Both the position numbers and the translations under genes were made by a program. A stretch of 64,000 nucleotides of DNA from Alphaproteobacteria bacterium (GTDB lineage Bacteria > Pseudomonadota > Alphaproteobacteria > UBA7985 > JAUIBT01). The stretch spans positions 5,045 through 69,044 of the forward strand of contig JAUIHE010000002.1 in NCBI GenBank assembly GCA_030432195.1, written 5' to 3'. Below are positions 27,482 to 35,426 of the stretch, one piece after another. Each line of letters starts with the position of its first letter. Position 1 is the stretch's first letter. The notes under the pieces were generated by a model that had not been told where the DNA came from, did not search any database, and was given only the letters and a program-made list of their open reading frames with translations.

Positions 27482-28558
27482 ATGGCGAGCCACGATTTTC
27501 ACGCCCTGACCCTTGCCGAGGTCGCGCCGCTGACCGATGAAGCGGTGACCCTGGCCTTTGACCTGCCCCAGGACCTGAGTGAGGACTTTCGCTTTACGCC
27601 CGGTCAATATCTGACACTGCGTGCTGATATTGACGGGCAGGAAGTCCGGCGCTCTTATTCGATTTGCTCCCCTGTGGGATCGGCTCAACTGCGCGTCGGT
27701 ATCAAGCGTCTGGACGGCGGTCGCTTTTCGACCTTCGCCAATAGCCTGAAGGCTGGCGATCAGATTGAGGTTATGCCGCCGCAGGGCCGGTTTACGGCTC
27801 CCTTGGGCGGCGCCAACCACTACCTTTTGCTGGCGGCGGGCTCGGGCATTACCCCGATGATGTCGATTGCGGCCTCCGTGTTGGAAAATGAACCGGACAG
27901 CCAGGTGACCTTGTTGTTTGGCAATCGCTCGACGGCTTCTATAATGTTCCGTGAACAGCTTGAGGACCTCAAAGACCGCTATATGACGCGCTTTACGGTC
28001 ATGCACGTGCTGGCCCGTGAGCGCCAGGAGCTGGAGTTGTTCAACGGCCGTTTGAATGGCGACAAGCTGACGACGCTAAAAGAGCGCGGCCTCTTGGAAT
28101 TGTCGGATTATTCGGCTGCCTACATCTGTGGCCCCGCGGCGATGATCGAAGAATGCGCGGACTGGCTGGCGGGGCAAGGCATGGACAAGGCCAAGATCAA
28201 AACCGAATTGTTCACGCCCGCGCCCGGCAGCGCTGCTAAGGCGGCAGCGGTGGCTGTGGCGGTCGATCCCAATGCCGAGGCGACCGCTATTCAGGTCATG
28301 ATCGACGGCTCAACCCGCTTATTTGACCAACGGCCCGGCGAAAACTATCTGGACGCCGCCAAGCGCAACGGGGTGAGCGTGCCCTATTCTTGTGCCAACG
28401 GGATGTGCGCGACCTGCCGCTGCCAGGTGGTCGAGGGCGAAGCCGAAATGAAGCAAAACTTCTCCTTAGAAGATTGGGAAGTGGACAGCGGCTTCCTGCT
28501 GTCTTGCCAGTTGGTGCCCAAGTCTAAAAACCTGGTGCTGGACTACGACGCGCTCTAA
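27482..28558 (+). CDS. paaE: phenylacetyl-CoA epoxidase reductase subunit (FNR-like domain plus plant-type 2Fe-2S)
   Basis: 358 aa; RSYSICS FAD site, GSGITPMMS, C-terminal CANGMCATCRC. Confidence 0.95.
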   Translation: MASHDFHALTLAEVAPLTDEAVTLAFDLPQDLSEDFRFTPGQYLTLRADIDGQEVRRSYSICSPVGSAQLRVGIKRLDGGRFSTFANSLKAGDQIEVMPPQGRFTAPLGGANHYLLLAAGSGITPMMSIAASVLENEPDSQVTLLFGNRSTASIMFREQLEDLKDRYMTRFTVMHVLARERQELELFNGRLNGDKLTTLKERGLLELSDYSAAYICGPAAMIEECADWLAGQGMDKAKIKTELFTPAPGSAAKAAAVAVAVDPNAEATAIQVMIDGSTRLFDQRPGENYLDAAKRNGVSVPYSCANGMCATCRCQVVEGEAEMKQNFSLEDWEVDSGFLLSCQLVPKSKNLVLDYDAL

Positions 28559-28586
28559 AACGCTATTTTCCAGGGGGGGCAAACAC

Positions 28587-29006
28587 ATGACCTACACATT
28601 AGACGATGCTCAAGAGTTTTTGGATCGGCTGGCGCCCTTTGCTGCGCGGCTGAACTATCAAATGACCGCGCTTGAGCCCGGCAACCTTCAAGTGCGCATT
28701 CCCAAGAATGCCGAGTTGGGGCGCGATATCGGCATTTTCTGCGGTCAAGCGGTCATGACTGCGGCCGACAGCTTGGGTCCGATCTGCGTCGCCAGCGCAG
28801 CGGGCGCCTATCGTGATATGACCACGGTAGATTTTTCCTGCCATTTCCTGAGGGCACTGCCGGTCGAAGATATTGACGTTGAGGTCAGCTTGATTAAGGG
28901 CGGTCGGCAAATATCGGTCGTTCGGGTCGAGTTTCGCGCGGCAGGCGACGAGCGCCTGGCGGCGTTTGCGACCGTGACCTATATGTATTTGCCTCAGCGC
29001 GATTAG
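28587..29006 (+). CDS. hotdog-fold thioesterase (PaaI/4HBT superfamily)
   Basis: 139 aa; size and pattern of PaaI-family thioesterases; last gene of the + strand paa block. Confidence 0.6.
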   Translation: MTYTLDDAQEFLDRLAPFAARLNYQMTALEPGNLQVRIPKNAELGRDIGIFCGQAVMTAADSLGPICVASAAGAYRDMTTVDFSCHFLRALPVEDIDVEVSLIKGGRQISVVRVEFRAAGDERLAAFATVTYMYLPQRD

Positions 29007-29029
29007 GAAGGATTGGGCACGGGCCGGTT

Positions 29030-29135
29030 TGGGTTCCAGGCTTGGCTAAGGGCTTCCAGGCTTGCGCAGGGGCTTCCTTCCAGGCTTGCCAGGGCCTTCC
29101 AGACCTGCCAGGGCCTTCCAGGCTTGCCAGAGGGC
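29030..29135. repeat. degenerate tandem array, 5 x TTCCAG(G/A)C(T/C)TG(C/G)
   Basis: TTCCAG cores at 29033, 29053, 29077, 29096 and 29115 (periods 20, 24, 19, 19) in the thioesterase-cupin gap. Confidence 0.8.
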
Positions 29136-29182
29136 AGCCAGGCGCCTAGCCTAGCGGGAGTTTTCCCCACCTGGAGGCGCTT

Positions 29183-29617
29183 GTGCCACACCGACTCATG
29201 TTTTCAGGCCTGTCATTTGGCCTGCTTGCGGCTAGCCTAGCCGGGGCGGGTTTTAGCCAGGATCGCTATCCGCCCTTGGATGTTCTGCTGAGCAGCGGCG
29301 AGACCATTATCCAACAAAAGTTGGTCTATCCAGAAGGCCCGGCGGTTATCACCTCAGCCATCGTCACCATGCAACCGGGCGCTAGCACGGGCTGGCATCG
29401 CCATGATGCTCCGCTGTTTGCCTGGATGCTGGAAGGCGAGCTGACTGTCGATTACGGTGCTGACGGCGTGAAGGTCTACAAGGCAGGCGACGCCTTTATC
29501 GAAGCCTTCAAGACCTCTCACAACGGCACCAATACGGGCACAGGCCCGGCCCGCGTACTGGCGGTCTTTGCGGGCGCAGAAGGCACGGCGAACACCGTCG
29601 TTGAGGCTGCGAACTAG
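29183..29617 (+). CDS. secreted cupin domain protein
   Basis: 144 aa; GTG start 6 nt after GGAGG; signal peptide; cupin motif GWHRHDAPLFAWMLEGEL. Confidence 0.75.
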   Translation: MPHRLMFSGLSFGLLAASLAGAGFSQDRYPPLDVLLSSGETIIQQKLVYPEGPAVITSAIVTMQPGASTGWHRHDAPLFAWMLEGELTVDYGADGVKVYKAGDAFIEAFKTSHNGTNTGTGPARVLAVFAGAEGTANTVVEAAN

Positions 29618-29624
29618 CATCAGC

Positions 29625-30725
29625 TTGCACCGGCGCCGTGTTGTGTCCGTGGGGGGCAAGTTGGGCATCATAGCAGGTCTGGGGGTCGGCAATATGGCTG
29701 CGCTGGAGGCCGCCGAAGGGCAAGCGAAGGCGCCGCACCGCCTTCATGTTCCAGCAGAAGAAGAGCCGCACGAGTTGACCTTCATGCAGTGGCCGGTCAA
29801 TCGCAGCGTCTATCCCGACGGGTCATTTTTGGCGGTACTTCAACAGACTATCGCCGACATTGCCAACGCTATCAGCGAGTTCGAGCCGGTCGTTATGCTG
29901 GCTGCTGCAGCGCATCACAACAGGGCACGGCGCAAGCTCTCCGGCCGGGTCGAGCTGTGGGATGTGGCGACCGACGACCTGTGGTGCCGGGATTCTGGCC
30001 CCTTGATCGCAAAGGCCGCCAACGGTCAGCGCGTGGTCTGTCACCTGAAATTCAACGGTTGGGGCGCCAAGCAGCAGCATAAGAACGATGGCAGGATCGC
30101 CGCGAGGATCGCCGATCGTTTGAGCATGCCGCTGGTGGCCAGTGGCTTGATAGGTGAGGCGGGGGGCGTTGAGCACGACGGGCAGGGGCTGTTAATGGCC
30201 CACGAGAGTTCTTGGCTAAACGCCAACCGCAATCCGGGCCTCAGTCGGTCACAGATCGAGGCGCGCTTGCTGGCAGCCTATGGCACCGAGCAGATGATTT
30301 GGGCGCCGGGAGTTTGGGGCGAGGATATCACCGACTACCATATCGACAGCCTGGCCAGGTTCACCGGTCCAGGGCGGGTGCTCGTTAATTTGCCCGATGC
30401 CCCGATGATGAGCGACCCGTTTCACAAGGCAGCGTTGGAGACCCACGCGGCTCTAGTGAAGGCTGGCCTTGTGGTGACGGTCATTCCAGAGCCTGAGGTT
30501 CGGCGGGTCGAGAGCAAGGATTTTGTCGCCTCCTATGCCAATTTCTATGTCTGTAACGCGGCGGTTATTGCCGCCGAATTTGGCGACCCAACCGCGGACG
30601 CAGTGGCGGTGGCTGCTTTGCAGCGCCACTATCCGGGCCGCCAGGTTGTCACCTTGAATGTGGACGCGCTGGGGGAGGTTGGTGGCGGTATTCACTGCTC
30701 TACCCAGCAACCGCCCCAGGCCTAG
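29625..30725 (+). CDS. agmatine deiminase / peptidyl-arginine deiminase (Porphyromonas-type) family protein
   Basis: WCRDSGP and C-terminal GGIHCSTQQ catalytic motif. The track ORF starts at 29568 (TTG); TTG at 29625 gives MHRRRVVSVGG..., a possible Tat signal. Start uncertain. Confidence 0.8.
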   Translation: MHRRRVVSVGGKLGIIAGLGVGNMAALEAAEGQAKAPHRLHVPAEEEPHELTFMQWPVNRSVYPDGSFLAVLQQTIADIANAISEFEPVVMLAAAAHHNRARRKLSGRVELWDVATDDLWCRDSGPLIAKAANGQRVVCHLKFNGWGAKQQHKNDGRIAARIADRLSMPLVASGLIGEAGGVEHDGQGLLMAHESSWLNANRNPGLSRSQIEARLLAAYGTEQMIWAPGVWGEDITDYHIDSLARFTGPGRVLVNLPDAPMMSDPFHKAALETHAALVKAGLVVTVIPEPEVRRVESKDFVASYANFYVCNAAVIAAEFGDPTADAVAVAALQRHYPGRQVVTLNVDALGEVGGGIHCSTQQPPQA

Positions 30726-30893
30726 GGTGGCGCTCGGCATTTTCTGCCACCTAGAGCGGGTTTCGTTGAATTGCATTCACAGGGCGCGCTCACTCCATTT
30801 GATATTGACGCAAATGCGCATTGCGGATCTTTGGCGCAACCAAGGGCGATTGCTCGGGCTTTGCGCTAGGATGGCACCTGGCATTGGCCGCCA

Positions 30894-31001
30894 CTAGAGC
30901 AAGCCGCGAATGATTGGCACTACGCATGAGCATGGACTGGCATTAGAAATCAGTCAGCTAGAGCGGAAGGGCTGTCGCAACGACAGGGCCCGACGCTCTG
31001 A
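30894..31001 (+). repeat. copy B of the ~108-nt intergenic repeat element
   Basis: See copy A. Its 3' CGCTCTAG carries a 1-nt insertion (CGCTCTGAG). Confidence 0.9.
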
Positions 31002-31071
31002 GCCTGCTTTGGTTTGTTGGTGTGTGCCGAGCCTGCTGCCATATCCATGGTGAAGTGGCACCCTGCTGCTC

Positions 31072-31133
31072 GGGTTTGCTCTAGCCCGGCAAGGGTTTGC
31101 TCTAGCCCGGCAAGGGTTTGTGCCGGGCCCGGC
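31072..31133. repeat. 21-bp tandem repeat (GGGTTTGCTCTAGCCCGGCAA) x2 plus a degenerate third unit
   Basis: Units at 31072-31092 and 31093-31113, third unit diverged. Contains GCTCTAG, the terminal motif of the 108-nt element in reverse. GGGATCTG repeats follow at 31160-31200. Confidence 0.8.
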
Positions 31134-31411
31134 GAAGGATCTGTGCGGAAGATATGGGTGAGGGATCTGAGGGATCTGGGTGGGGATCTGGGTGAGGGTT
31201 GGGCCTGCCGTTTTTGGCCCGGACCTGGTTCGGATGCGGTCAACAGACGCCGCAAAATAGGGGAGTTTTGCGTAGAACTTTACGCCTAGGTCGATGGTCA
31301 TACGGTCAAAATGACACGCCGGACGACGATTCGCCCCCACCTAATGGCGGCCATGATGACCCCCAATCCGCAAGGATGCCCCCACCCAGCGCACAAATGG
31401 GATTCTTGTGC

Positions 31412-31450
31412 TATACCGTAGGGTATACTTGCGCTATACCGGAGGGTATA
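31412..31450. promoter_or_regulatory. twin palindromes TATACC-N4-GGTATA (candidate metal-repressor operator)
   Basis: TATACCGTAGGGTATA at 31412-31427 and TATACCGGAGGGTATA at 31435-31450, about 120 nt upstream of the cupredoxin ATG. Confidence 0.5.
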
Positions 31451-31569
31451 AATGCTTAGGCCGTTGGTCATATGACGAAGGTTTACCCCTGGTATCAAAG
31501 CAAAATGCGGTTGCCCTTGCTCGAAAAACGATTGTTCATGAGGTCACCAATGAACAGGGAGTTAAACAA

Positions 31570-32031
31570 ATGAAATCCGCTATGAAAACCGTTCTTCTTA
31601 CCGCTGTGGCCGTTGTCGGGATCACGGCAGGGGTCGCCCAGGCTGAGGGAGATCTAAGCAGAGCCAACGTCATTACGGTTGACATTGAGTTGGGGCAAAA
31701 TGATGACGGGATGTACATCAAGCCATCGCAGACCAGCTTTGTCACCGGCCAGGCCTACAAGCTGCACATCACCAATACCGATGAATTCAAGCATGAGCTT
31801 GCTTTGAACGCGCTCGGCGAAGCCAGCTTCACCCGCAAGATCGAGATCTTGGATGAGGAGGGTCAGCTGGTGAGCGAAATCAAGGGTGCCATTCGCGAAG
31901 TGGAAGTCGGACCAGGCAAGACGGTCGATTGGTACCTGGTGCCCGTGCAGACGGTTGAAGACGGCGAAATGTCATGCGAGCTGCCGGGCCACCGCGAGGC
32001 AGGCATGCACGAAATGATTACGGTCAACTAA
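31570..32031 (+). CDS. periplasmic cupredoxin-like copper-binding protein
   Basis: ATG at 31570 (GGGAG 9 nt upstream) gives 153 aa with a signal peptide (MKSAMKTVLLTAVAVVGITAGVAQA). Type-1 Cu ligand pattern H...C-x4-H-x4-M (CELPGHREAGM). Confidence 0.7.
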   Translation: MKSAMKTVLLTAVAVVGITAGVAQAEGDLSRANVITVDIELGQNDDGMYIKPSQTSFVTGQAYKLHITNTDEFKHELALNALGEASFTRKIEILDEEGQLVSEIKGAIREVEVGPGKTVDWYLVPVQTVEDGEMSCELPGHREAGMHEMITVN

Positions 32032-32063
32032 GGTCAAAGAATCTTGGGCAGGTCGAGCCCAAT

Positions 32064-32098
32064 CAAAAAAAGGGGAGGCCTCAATGCCTCCCCTTTTG
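32064..32098. terminator. bidirectional intrinsic terminator
   Basis: AAAAAAA-AGGGGAGGC-CTCAAT-GCCTCCCCT-TTTT lies between the convergent cupredoxin and paaK genes. Confidence 0.8.
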
Positions 32099-32176
32099 TC
32101 TGCCTAGGCCGACGGACTGGCTTTGCAATGCTGTGCGCCGTAGCGCGTCGCGCTTCCATGCCAGCCGACAAGGCCC

Positions 32177-33556
32177 TCAGCGCTCGTCCAGTACACGCTT
32201 GGCCTTGCCTTCGCTGCGTGCGACGCCGCCAGGATCGCGCACGTCAACCGAAACGCTGATCCCCACCATGGTTTTGATGTTGTTGGCAAGCTCTGCTGCC
32301 GCGCGTTGGCGGTCGTCAGCGCCCTGGGCTTGAGGGTCGCACTCAACCAAGACTTCCATGGCATCCATGGGGCCTTTTTTGTATAGCCGCAGTTGGTAGT
32401 GCGGGCTCAAGGCCGGAATCTTTAGGACCTGTTCTTCAATTTGGGTCGGAAAGACGTTGACGCCGCGAAGAATAATCATGTCATCGCTGCGGCCGGTAAT
32501 CTTGGCCATGCGCCGCATAGAGCGCGCGGTGCCGGGCAGCAAGCGGGTCAAATCGCGGGTGCGATAGCGGATGATGGGCAGGGCTTCCTTGGTCAGCGAA
32601 GTAAAGACCAATTCGCCTTCTTCTCCATCGGGCAGAACTTCGCCGGTTTCGGGATTGATGATCTCAGGCAAGAAATGGTCTTCCCAGATGTGCAGGCCGT
32701 CCTTGGTTTCGACGCACTCGTTTGAAACGCCGGGTCCGATGATTTCGGACAGGCCGAAAATATCGACGGCGTGCATGTCGAAGGTGGTCTCAATTTCTTG
32801 GCGGATGGACTCGGTCCAGGGTTCTGCGCCAAAGATGCCGATTTCCAGCGAGCAGCTGCGCGGATCAATACCCTGACGGCGGAACTCTTCGGCAATCGAC
32901 AGCATGTAGGAGGGCGTGACCATGATGACGCGCGGCTTGAAATCCTGGATCAGCTGGACCTGGCGTGCTGTTTGACCGCCGGACATAGGAATGACGGTGC
33001 AGCCCAGCTTTTCGGCGCCGTAGTGCGCGCCCAGCCCGCCGGTAAACAGGCCATAGCCGTAGGCAATGTGGACGCGATCGCCAGGGCGCACACCGGCGGC
33101 AACCATAGAGCGGGCGACGACTTCGGCCCAGGTATCAAGATCTTTCTTGCTATAGCCGACGACGGTCGGCTTGCCGGTCGTGCCGCTTGAGGCGTGGATA
33201 CGGGCAACTTGCTCCATGGGCAGCGCGAACATGCCAAAAGGATAATTATCGCGCAGATCCGACTTGAGCGTGAAGGGGAACTTTGCCAAATCGGCCAAGC
33301 TTTTTAGGTCGTCAGGATGAACCCCGGCCTCGTCGAACTTTGGCTTATAGAAAGCAGAGTTGTTGTAGGCGTGGCTCAAACTCCAGCGCAGGCGCTCCAG
33401 CTGCACCGCCTCAATCTCGGCGCGCGGGGCCAGCTCAATAGGATTGATAAGGCTGACATCCGGTGACAGCGCATTGCGCACCAGGTTTGCCGCCTGACCG
33501 AAATTTGTCGGCGTTGTGGTTGGCTTGGCGTTCAGCAGTTTGGTGAAGATTTCCAT
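32177..33556 (-). CDS. paaK: phenylacetate--CoA ligase
   Basis: 459 aa; PaaK-type adenylate-forming enzyme (SSGTTGKPTVVGY, YGLSEIIGPGV, GRSDDMIILRGVNVFP). Confidence 0.95.
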   Translation of the reverse strand: MEIFTKLLNAKPTTTPTNFGQAANLVRNALSPDVSLINPIELAPRAEIEAVQLERLRWSLSHAYNNSAFYKPKFDEAGVHPDDLKSLADLAKFPFTLKSDLRDNYPFGMFALPMEQVARIHASSGTTGKPTVVGYSKKDLDTWAEVVARSMVAAGVRPGDRVHIAYGYGLFTGGLGAHYGAEKLGCTVIPMSGGQTARQVQLIQDFKPRVIMVTPSYMLSIAEEFRRQGIDPRSCSLEIGIFGAEPWTESIRQEIETTFDMHAVDIFGLSEIIGPGVSNECVETKDGLHIWEDHFLPEIINPETGEVLPDGEEGELVFTSLTKEALPIIRYRTRDLTRLLPGTARSMRRMAKITGRSDDMIILRGVNVFPTQIEEQVLKIPALSPHYQLRLYKKGPMDAMEVLVECDPQAQGADDRQRAAAELANNIKTMVGISVSVDVRDPGGVARSEGKAKRVLDER

Positions 33557-33588
33557 GTCCCGTTCTCTTTCAGTCTTATGGAGCGACC

Positions 33589-34032
33589 TTAGAGGTCGTC
33601 GTCTTGAATGATTTGGCCCTTGATCTGGCGCGATTGTCCGCGGAATAGGGCGACCAGGTCGCCGGTCTCCTGCACGGTGACCGCAATATCGTAGATTTGA
33701 CTACGCCCTGCGCCGCCCGCTTTGACGGCCTCAGCAATCAGGGTCTGGCCCAGTTGGCCCGGCGCCAAATAGGACATGCTGCCCATCTGGCTAACGGTGG
33801 TTTGATTGCCCGAATTGCAGGCGTGGGCAAAGGCGGTGTCCGCCAAGCTGAAAATCGCGCCGCCGTGGCAGATTTTGTGGCCGTTTAGATGGTTTGGGCC
33901 GACGGTCATCGCCATGACACAACGCTCTGGCGCGGCCTCGACGATGCGCATGTTGAGGGATTGGGAGTAAAGATCGTTGCTGAGCATCGCCTCAGCGACA
34001 CGTTGCGCCAAATCAGCGGACTGTTGGCTCAT
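33589..34032 (-). CDS. paaI: hydroxyphenylacetyl-CoA thioesterase PaaI
   Basis: 147 aa; NGHKICHGGAIFSLADTAFAHACNS hotdog active-site region; sits directly upstream of paaK on the - strand. Confidence 0.85.
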   Translation of the reverse strand: MSQQSADLAQRVAEAMLSNDLYSQSLNMRIVEAAPERCVMAMTVGPNHLNGHKICHGGAIFSLADTAFAHACNSGNQTTVSQMGSMSYLAPGQLGQTLIAEAVKAGGAGRSQIYDIAVTVQETGDLVALFRGQSRQIKGQIIQDDDL

Positions 34033-34172
34033 TCTGTTTCTTCCTTTCTTGAAGGCATTAGCACCTGTGGTCAGGCGCCGTCCCGCGCCGCCGCCCCGTG
34101 CCGCCGCCTCTAGGCGCGATGCTAACGCGCAGCTCAGCGGCCTAGAAGCTGCTCCGTAGTTTTCCTGACGTT

Positions 34173-34212
34173 ATGTTACGTAAAGCGTCAAAGTCAACAA
34201 CTTTCGTAACAT
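34173..34212. promoter_or_regulatory. inverted repeat ATGTTACG-N24-CGTAACAT (second candidate PaaX operator)
   Basis: Lies in the divergent gap between paaI (-) and the membrane protein gene (+). The right arm TTTCGTAACAT is identical to the arm at 24707-24717. Confidence 0.55.
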
Positions 34213-34333
34213 TTCCAGCTTGCACGGTGGACTGCCCCTATTGGCCGCCCCTGTTGGCCGTCCTGCTTGCGTTGAACTTGACCTAGCGCCGGGCAGGGCG
34301 TCAAGTAGCGCGGTCACCCATTTCGGAGCTGTC

Positions 34334-35248
34334 ATGATTCTCGCTGTTTTGCGTCTGGGGCCAGAGATTGGCTTTGCCGCTGCCCTCTTGGCGCTGTTCA
34401 CGCCTGGCTTCGATGCTCAGATCGCGCAAACTATTCCCATATTGCTGCCCTTGCTGACCTTCTTGTCACTGGTGTTGCTGCCGGGAAAATCGGGCGAGGC
34501 GCGATTTCGTTGGTGGCAGCCACTTCTCTTGGTCGTCTGGGGGCAGGGCGTGTTGCCTTGGGTTCTGGTTGGCGGTTTAGCCTTGGCGGGCCTGTCGCGC
34601 GACTGGTTGCTGATTGCCTTGCTGCTAAACTCGGTCAGCAGCGTCTATCTTGTGACCAATTTTGCTATTTATTTGGATCGACGTCCCCGGTTGATGTTGG
34701 CCTTGTTGCTCACAGGCCTCTGCGCGACGCCTTTGTTTTTATTCATTAATGGCAGCCTGTTTTTCCGCTCCTGGGTGGCCATCGACCTGTTGAACTTCGC
34801 CAAGGCCGTCGGGCTGTATTTGCTGGGCCCTATGTTGGCAGCCTGGGCGGTGCGGCGCGGGGGTGTCGCACCCCAACATCGGCCCTATTGGCAGCTCGCG
34901 AGCTTGGCGACGGTGGCGCTAATCGCTTTTGGCCTAGAGGCCGAGGTGAGCGCGGCTCTGGCCCAAGCTGTTGGACAGCAAGATGCCGGTGCCTTGCTGG
35001 CGATTGCTCAAGCGCTGGGCTTTGTGGTGGCGCTGTCGCTTGCGACCTTCTTTTTATCGCGCGCGTTTTTGCGGCTCTGGGGACAGGAGGCCGCCGGTCT
35101 GGTTGCGCTCAGTCACGCGGTGCGAAACGCGGCGATGGTCTATGTGTTGGTGCAAGCCTATCTGCCCCCAAGCTATGGGCTGGTTTTGGGGGTCGTCCAG
35201 ATTCCGATCTATTTTGCCCCCATCGCGTTGAGGCGCATTCGGGCCTGA
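34334..35248 (+). CDS. polytopic membrane protein, putative transporter (family not recognised)
   Basis: The ATG at 34334 gives about 304 aa, almost entirely hydrophobic helices. The track ORF start at 34220 lies in the operator region. Confidence 0.55.
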   Translation: MILAVLRLGPEIGFAAALLALFTPGFDAQIAQTIPILLPLLTFLSLVLLPGKSGEARFRWWQPLLLVVWGQGVLPWVLVGGLALAGLSRDWLLIALLLNSVSSVYLVTNFAIYLDRRPRLMLALLLTGLCATPLFLFINGSLFFRSWVAIDLLNFAKAVGLYLLGPMLAAWAVRRGGVAPQHRPYWQLASLATVALIAFGLEAEVSAALAQAVGQQDAGALLAIAQALGFVVALSLATFFLSRAFLRLWGQEAAGLVALSHAVRNAAMVYVLVQAYLPPSYGLVLGVVQIPIYFAPIALRRIRA

Positions 35249-35353
35249 CAGTTGGGCGCATACCTTGCCTGCCGTTTTTGGTCGAGCGTGTGCGGTCCTT
35301 GGTGGGCAGGGTGAGGGTGGCGGACCGAGTCGGCTTTGAAGGGCCTGGACGAT

Positions 35354-35398
35354 CGGGCCAGGAAAATCGGGCCAGGAAAATCGGGCCAGGAAAATCGG
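35354..35398. repeat. 14-bp perfect tandem repeat x3 (CGGGCCAGGAAAAT)
   Basis: Units start at 35354, 35368 and 35382, with a partial fourth at 35396. Ends 29 nt upstream of the 35427 start codon. Confidence 0.9.
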
Positions 35399-35426
35399 TG
35401 CGGGGAAATGAAAGGAAGGTCCAAAA

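Noticed and set aside
29030-29135. Whether any of the tandem arrays (29030-29135, 31072-31133, 35354-35398) could be a CRISPR array.
   Set aside because: Periods are only 14-24 bp, with no unique spacers between units, and there are no cas genes in the window.
31204-31217. A shared 14-mer CCTGCCGTTTTTGG at 31204-31217 and 35268-35281, each near GGGTGAGGGT, suggested another repeat family.
   Set aside because: Roughly ten or more chance 14-mer matches are expected in a 64-kb window counting both strands. The flanks do not align and the order of the two motifs differs.
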